A DNA stretch of 64,000 nucleotides from Azolla caroliniana (Eukaryota; Plantae; Polypodiophyta), in contig JBHGNT010000001.1 in assembly GCA_043228905.1 (NCBI GenBank), forward strand, positions 4,092,001 through 4,156,000, given 5' to 3'. A program made the position numbers and the translations under genes. A model generated the notes under the pieces. The model did not search any database. It had not been told where the DNA came from and saw nothing but the letters and a program-made list of their open reading frames with translations. Numbering within the stretch: position 1 is the stretch's first letter; every line of letters starts with the position of its first letter. Below, piece by piece: positions 57,916-64,000 of the stretch.

Positions 57916-60691
57916 GCTCACTCACGTATAGACAAAGAAGCGCACGGGGACGCACGGCACAACAACACAGGAGACACGAGTTGAGAACACTAGAGTATAT
58001 GTGTAACAACATGCTTGTATTTGTTGTATGCAGACGACTCGAACGGTTACAACCGACCAGGTCGGCGAGGCGGATGCCGACGCCTGATCACCCACGCACA
58101 TAGGAGAGCAAGATGGAGATTCTGCCGGAAGCACACAGGCGTTCCACTGAGCAAAATCAACCTCCTGAGAGCCTGCGCAAAAGACAGCAATGGAGAACGA
58201 CAGAGAAGAAGAGCTCGGTCCTAGTCCGACAACACTTCGTTCCCTCTAGCGTGCTATCTCCATCTCTCCCCGTCTCCCTCTCTTTTATAGCTCAAGGAGG
58301 GAGGCCGTCCTACCCGTTTACATCACATTAATTCTTTGTCCTTTCGGACAGAGATACTCCTCGATTTCCCCTATAGAATATTGCTACCTAGGATTTAACC
58401 CTTGCGCCTACCTATCTACTTTACGACAAGGGACGTGCCCACGTGTAAGGGCCGATTCACACACATTATACACGATTTGCGCTTGGGGACGGTTTTCTTC
58501 ACGACATCCGCCCCCACCTAACCGTGCATCCACCGGTATGCGCCAAAATCGGGTTCCTATGGGAGAAAACTGATCCTTGCTTTTATTCCTCGTTTACCGG
58601 TTCATCCTCTGCCTCGGGCTGCTCGTCGTCGCTGTCCATGCCCCCTAGCTCCGGCTCCCCGTCGTGCCGTTTCTTGAACACTTTGATCCTCTTCCCCGCT
58701 ACCGGTATCGCCATTCTCGTACCATCGAGCTCCGCGAGATGGTACGTCCCATTGCCGTTGGCGCCTGTTACCACGTAAGGCCCGAACCACCTCCTCGCAA
58801 ACTTCCGCGTGGCCCTGTGCTGATTGTCGAGGCTGCTGTTGTATACTAGCACCTAGTCGCCTTCCTCGATCTTCCTTGGCCTGGACCGGTGTGTTCGGTC
58901 GAACCGGGCTATGTTCCTTATCCTCGCTACTCGAAGTTTCTCCGCGGCTCGCTCTACGTCCTCCGGCCTCCGCTCGAGCTGTCGAATCCGCGCCGCCAAT
59001 AGTTCCTCCCGGCTCATCTCATCCCTCCAGCCCACCATGGCCCACGAGGAGATCGTTCGCTCTGTTGGCATGATCGGCTTCTGTCCGAACATTAGCTCAG
59101 CTGGCATGAACCCGGTTACCGAACTGTGCGTAGTCCGGTGCGCCCACAAGGCATAAGGTAGTAGCCGTGGCCAGTCCCCGACTCGGCCTCCGCACGCCCG
59201 TACTAGCGCTTTGACAATTGGCCCGTGTCCGCGCTCCACCTTCCCGTTCGCCTCCGGATTGTACGCTGTGGTGAGCGAAAGTTTGACTCCTAGCCGGTCG
59301 AACAACTCTTTGTCCTCTTCTGCGTCCAACTCACCACGGTCAGCCACGATCTTCCGTACGCACCCGTATCGGCATACCACGTCCTCAATCAAAAACCGGC
59401 ATACGGCTGCCGTCGTCTTGTTCTGCAGGGCTTGGCCTTCAACCTGGTTCGTTAGATCTTCCCGAGCCAGCACCAGATACCACATCTGTCCTACCCCCAT
59501 TGGCATCGTCACCAAATCCACCATCCACTTGAAGTGGACGGTCGGAGGGTAGGTCGGGTGAAGCTCGTCCCGGTGTCGGATCATGGAGTGCACCTGGCAG
59601 CTTTCGCAAGTCGTCACGAACCAATGCACGTCCCGGTATAGTCCCGACCACTAGTACTTCCCCTTTAGCTTTTCGAACGTGGCCCACATTCCACGGTGTC
59701 TAGCCCACGGGCTATCGTGGTACGCCGCCAGCAAATCCTCCTGTTCCCCCTGCTTCGCGACCACTCGGAGCGGGATGCCGTTCCTCTTCTTCGGGTGCTT
59801 CCAGATGTATCTGTCCCGAAGAAAGAATCGGTAGGCTTTCTTCCGAATCCGGTTGGCCTCATTCGTTGTCCATGCCGCGTCGGGTGTCATTGTTTTCAGG
59901 AACCCGCCGATCTGCAGTCACTCCCCGTCGTACTTGCTCTCGTGGAAGTCGTTAAGCGTTGGAGAGCATTCCCCGTTGGTTGTCACGTAAGCCGCCTCGA
60001 AGAAGTCCACGCCGACTTCCTCGTCCTCTGAAACTATGTCGCCGTCGTTTTCGAACCTCGCCCTTGAAAGCATGTCGGCCATGGTGTTGTCTTTCCCAGA
60101 AATGTGTCGTATTTCCGAATTCAGGGACTTGATGTACGCTATCCACCTGAGCATCGCCAGGTTCGGCGTCGCGCATCCGGAAACCATGCCAGGAATTGGC
60201 AGGCAGTCTGTCTCGATAATTACCTCTGCCCCGATCAGGTAGTCTTTATCGGCCTTTATCGCCGAAACGATACCCCAGAGCTCGCGTTTAACCTAGGCGT
60301 ATCCTTGCTGTCGCTCGCTGAGGACCTTCGCGCCGAACCGGATCGGGAAACGTATGCGCAAAAGAAAACTATGGAGAACGACAGAGAAGAAGAGCTTGGT
60401 CCTAGTCCGACAGCACTTCGTCCCCCTTCCCTAGCGCGCGATCCCCTCTCTCCCCGTCTCCCTCTCCTTTTATAGCTCAAGGAGGGAGGCCGTTTCACTC
60501 GTTTACATCACATTAATTCTCTGTCCTTTCAGACAGAGATACTCCTCGATTCTCCCTATAGAATATTGCTACCTAGGATTCGACTTTTGTGCCTACCTAT
60601 CTACTATACAACAAGGGGCGTGCCTACGTGTAAGGGCCGGTTCACACACGCTATACACGGTTTGCGCCTGGGGACGGTTTTCTTCACGACA
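57798..60691 (-). mobile_element. Family-W autonomous-type remnant: 3' LTR 57798-58506, RH-INT 58583-~60345, partial 5' LTR ~60350-60691
   Basis: PPT tccgcccccacc at 58507; 60350-60691 duplicates ~58175-58506; flanks GCGT / GCGT. Confidence 0.8.
58583..60345 (-). pseudogene. Decayed Gypsy RNase H (C-terminal part) and integrase, no chromodomain
   Basis: RFGAKVLS..Y, HISGKDNTMADMLSR, H..H..C..C zinc finger, WMVDL / ADRGE / NGKVERGH DDE core, WFGPY motif and an acidic tail; several stops. Confidence 0.85.
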
Positions 60692-62315
60692 GCGTGTAGA
60701 AAGAGGCGAGACCACGGGGGCCTTGACCCGAGGAGCGAGAGAGTGAGAAGAGAAGACCCGCAGATATGCAACATGGAGAAGGAAAGAGATACAAACGACA
60801 CACTTAATACATGTAACAGTAGATTACAATATTCAGAGATTGCCAACTCCGACGATTACAACCGGCAAGGCGGCGATGGACCCGACACGGGAACCCTACT
60901 CACGCACATGGACAAAACACACTCAACTCAAAGAAACAAAAAGGGGGAGAGCCTCTGCTGGAAGCACATGGGGGCTGTCCACGAAGCCGAGGCAGCGAAC
61001 TCTCGACACCCACAGAGACCGATGATTGGAGGAGAAGAGAGAGCTCCTCACACAGTTCTGCAGCAACACTTCGTCCTCGCCAACGCGCGATATTTCTATC
61101 TTCCTCCTCTCCCTCCTTAAATAGTTCGCAAAAAGGGGGGAGGGGGTGCCCCTTTCTCCCTAGTCAAATCGCTTTATTCCCTGTCCCTTCTAACAGAGAT
61201 ACGCACAATCCCCTCATAAATGTGTACTTTATGAATCATGTACAAATATCAAGATATCCATTCACGCGTCCATCCATGTAAGAGCCGGTCCATGCGCCGT
61301 TTGCTTCGATTCCGCCCATGGCCGGTTTTCTTCACAACATCCACCCCCACCAAACCGCGCATCCTCCTGCATGCGCCAGAGACGGGTAGATACCGAAGAA
61401 AACCGGCTTCACTCGTCGTTCTCTGATTCTCCATCGGGCCCAAACTGATCGTCGTTGTCGCTCCGGCTCGTAGGCTCCGGCTCGTCTTCGAACCGCTTCT
61501 TGAACGCTTTGATCCGCTTCCCGGCCACTGGCACCGCTAACCGTGTCCCGTTGAGCTCCGCGAGGTGGTTGTGCCGTTGTCGTTCACGCTTGTCACCGTG
61601 TAGGGCCCGAACCATCTCCTAGCGAACTTTCGCACCGCCTTGTGCTGATTGTCGAGGCTGCTGTCGTATACCAAGACCCAGTCGCCTTCCTCGATCTTCT
61701 TTGGTCGCAACCGGTGCGTCCGGTTGAATCGGGTCTTGTTCCGTTCCCTTGCCACTCGCAGCTTTTCCTTCGCTTGTTTCACGTCCTTCGGCCTCCACTC
61801 GAGTTTCCGAATCCGTGCCGCCAGCAACTCCTCCCGGCTCATTTCGTCCTTCCAATCTACTGCCGCCCATGAAGAAATCGTCCGTTCCACTGGCATGATC
61901 GGCTGGAAGCACATGGGTTGTCCACGAAGCAAAGGCACCGAACTCCCGACACCCACAGAGACCGACGATCGAAGGAGAAGAGAGAGCTCCTCACACAGTT
62001 CTGCAACAACACTTCGTCCTCGCCAACACGCGATATTTCTATCTTCCTCCTCTCCCTCCTTAAATAGTTCGGAAAAGGGGGGGGGGGGGGGGGGGTGCCC
62101 CTTTCTCCCTAGTCAAATCGCTTTATTCCCTGTCCCTTCTGACAGAGATACGCACGATCCCCTCATAAATGTGTACTACTTAGTATTTACATTAGCCAAT
62201 CCATTTATGAATCATGTACAAATATCAAGATATCCATTCACGCGTCCATCCGTGTAAGAGCCGGTCCATGCGCCCTTTGCTCCGATTCCGCCCATGGCCG
62301 GTTTTCTTCACGACA

Positions 62316-62677
62316 CCGCACAGTCGTCATCTTTGCCACCGGGGGAAATCTCTCTTCGTAGTCGGCTTCATGTGTTTGTGCGTATCCTTTCGCTATGAGT
62401 CGAGTTTTGTAGCGGTTTACGGAACCGCCTGCGTTATACTTCACCTTGTAGATCCATCTGCAGTCGATCGCCTTCTTGCGTGGTGAGTGGGGGACAAGGT
62501 CCCATGTCTTATTTTTGGAGAGTGCTTGCATCTCCTCATTCATCGCTTCAACCCATTTGGGGTCCTTCACGGCTTTGGAAAACGTTTCCAGCTCTCGTAC
62601 TGTCGCTACCTTCATCATAAAGGCGTAATGGTACACCATATAATCGTTGTCACCGAATCGGCTTACGGGGTTCTTTT
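62316..62677 (-). pseudogene. Copia-B-like RT fragment
   Basis: KKNPVSRFGDNDYMVYHYAFM...WVEAMNEEM...WIYKVKY...VAKMTTVR. Confidence 0.8.
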
Positions 62678-63719
62678 TGTAGGGGATGAACAAGGCCGTC
62701 AGTGCAGAAGAGATCACGCAGTATGAGATTGTGAGGAGGAAATACCTGCGTATGAGACAGGGCAACAACTATAACAATGAACAACCAACCTTTACAAAAG
62801 GTTACAAAGTCACTTTATATAGTGACTCACTTAGGGCAACTGCCCTTTATGTTATTTACAGAAATAGCCCGAACTTGGGCTCTCTAAGAGGATAGTGTGA
62901 ATACGTCCATTATACATTTCTATTCGACACTCCCCCGTAATGGGCGTATACATGGGTTATCTAAAATAAAGTATGGGTATAGGCATAGGTTCTCGGACAG
63001 GTCGGTTTTGTTCGAATCAGCATGATCTGTAGACAGAAGACCGAACTGGTCGGGTCAGAAAAGCTGAAGCCGATTGTCAGTGAACCGATGTCTGTTATCC
63101 GAAACCGTCCTGCACTATGTTCGGCTTCAACCAGACCGATATGTTGTTACGCCCATCTGTTGCCGAAGAGACCGGAACCGGTCTGCCGAAAGACACTTGG
63201 TCATTCCATCTGCGACATTATCGGTTGTGGATATCTTCTCTAAACCGATTTTCCCGGAAATGACGCAATCCCGAACAAAGTGATATCGAACTTCGATATG
63301 CTTGGAGGCGTTGTGATGAACCGGATTTTTCGACAAAGCAATGGCACTCTGACTGTCGTTGTAGACAACTGGAGTCGAGTCGGGGTCGACTTGCCGAAAT
63401 GTGTGCGCCAGCCGACTGAGCCATAAAGCTTTTGAAGTTTCGACTTCCACGAGATTGCTCCATTGCCGAATTTAAAGCAATATCCGGTTGTTGACTTGCG
63501 ACTGTCCACACAGCCGGCGAAGTCCGAGTCGGTGTAAACGACTACGCCTGAAGTTGAGTTCGGACCGAAAAGGATGCCGTGGTCTTTTGTGCCAGCTAAA
63601 TATCTGAACACATGCTTGACTGCGTTCCAGTGCGATCGGCCGGGATTGTGCATAAATCTGTTGATGACTCCTACAACGTGAGAAATATCAGGCCGTGTCA
63701 TGACCATCACGTACATTAG
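62678..63719 (-). mobile_element. Older Copia-A relative: 3' LTR 62678-62929, PPT, decayed RT/RNase H 63127-63719
   Basis: LTR ends ...tattcgaca followed by ctcccccgt; protein fragments nearly match the Copia-A RH with a deletion/frameshift. Confidence 0.82.
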
Positions 63720-64000
63720 TGTAGGGAATAATCCCTTCGTTTCACCTTCTTCTCCCGGCCACAACCGAGTAATCGCGGATCAATGGAGCAGAAAATAGGA
63801 ACCAAAGAGAGAAATACACGAGCACACAGTGATTAACGTGGAAAACCCTAGATGGGAAAAACCACGGGAGTACAAGACTCCAAACAACACTATACAAGGA
63901 GAAGTATACAATGACGAGCTCCAAGGCGACGACCTTGAGCTCGCTGTCCTCGCCACAGGCGGCGGAAATACACAGAGGCGTCGTCCTCTTCCTCTCTCGC
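63720..64000 (-). mobile_element. Start of another LTR inserted into the old Copia-A copy (runs off the window)
   Basis: Coding similarity stops abruptly at TGTAGGG (63720). The motif ttaacgtggaaaaccc...gggaaaaaccacgg resembles Copia LTR sequence. Confidence 0.5.

Larger units (their letters stand above)
57790..62315 (-). mobile_element. Family-W autonomous-type remnant: 3' LTR 57790-57797 + 60696-61339, integrase tail 61409-~61900, partial 5' LTR ~61903-62315
   Basis: PPT tccacccccacc at 61340; FARRWFGPY integrase C-terminus; 61903-62315 duplicates ~60958-61339. Flanks CCGG / CCGC belong to different hosts. Confidence 0.72.

Noticed and set aside
57786-62319. CCGG/CCGC as a true TSD pair
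   Set aside because: Left and right flanks belong to different host elements, so these are two independent half-sites joined by recombination or deletion; counted only as CpG-centred flanks.

Overview
Eukaryotic plant genomic DNA, most likely a non-seed plant such as a fern. That assignment is an inference from the spliceosomal introns and a Tcn1-like self-priming chromovirus. Positions 1-17.6 kb are a gene-bearing, mostly AT-rich region with three genes: the last three exons of a cytochrome b561 gene (+), a complete 9-exon MscS-like mechanosensitive channel gene (-, ~822 aa) and an intronless, very GC-rich GT4 glycosyltransferase (-). From ~17.7 kb to the window end is a deeply nested LTR-retrotransposon pile. 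It holds (i) a Ty3/Gypsy non-chromovirus family, here 'W', with a tRNA-Trp PBS, represented by gag-only non-autonomous copies, solo LTRs and decayed autonomous remnants; (ii) a very young Tcn1-like chromovirus with identical LTRs, a self-priming PBS and a -1 frameshift pseudoknot; (iii) two near-identical Copia-A copies in inverted orientation, one intact, plus an old relative; and (iv) two Copia-B copies whose Pol runs ~130-200 aa past RNase H. The main observation is that every family-W junction is flanked by a 4-bp NCGN site (CpG-centred 4-bp TSD; 15/15 flanks, 8 loci), often inside the family's own CG-rich LTR ends. All other families here have unbiased 5-bp TSDs. All coordinates and alignments were made by eye.
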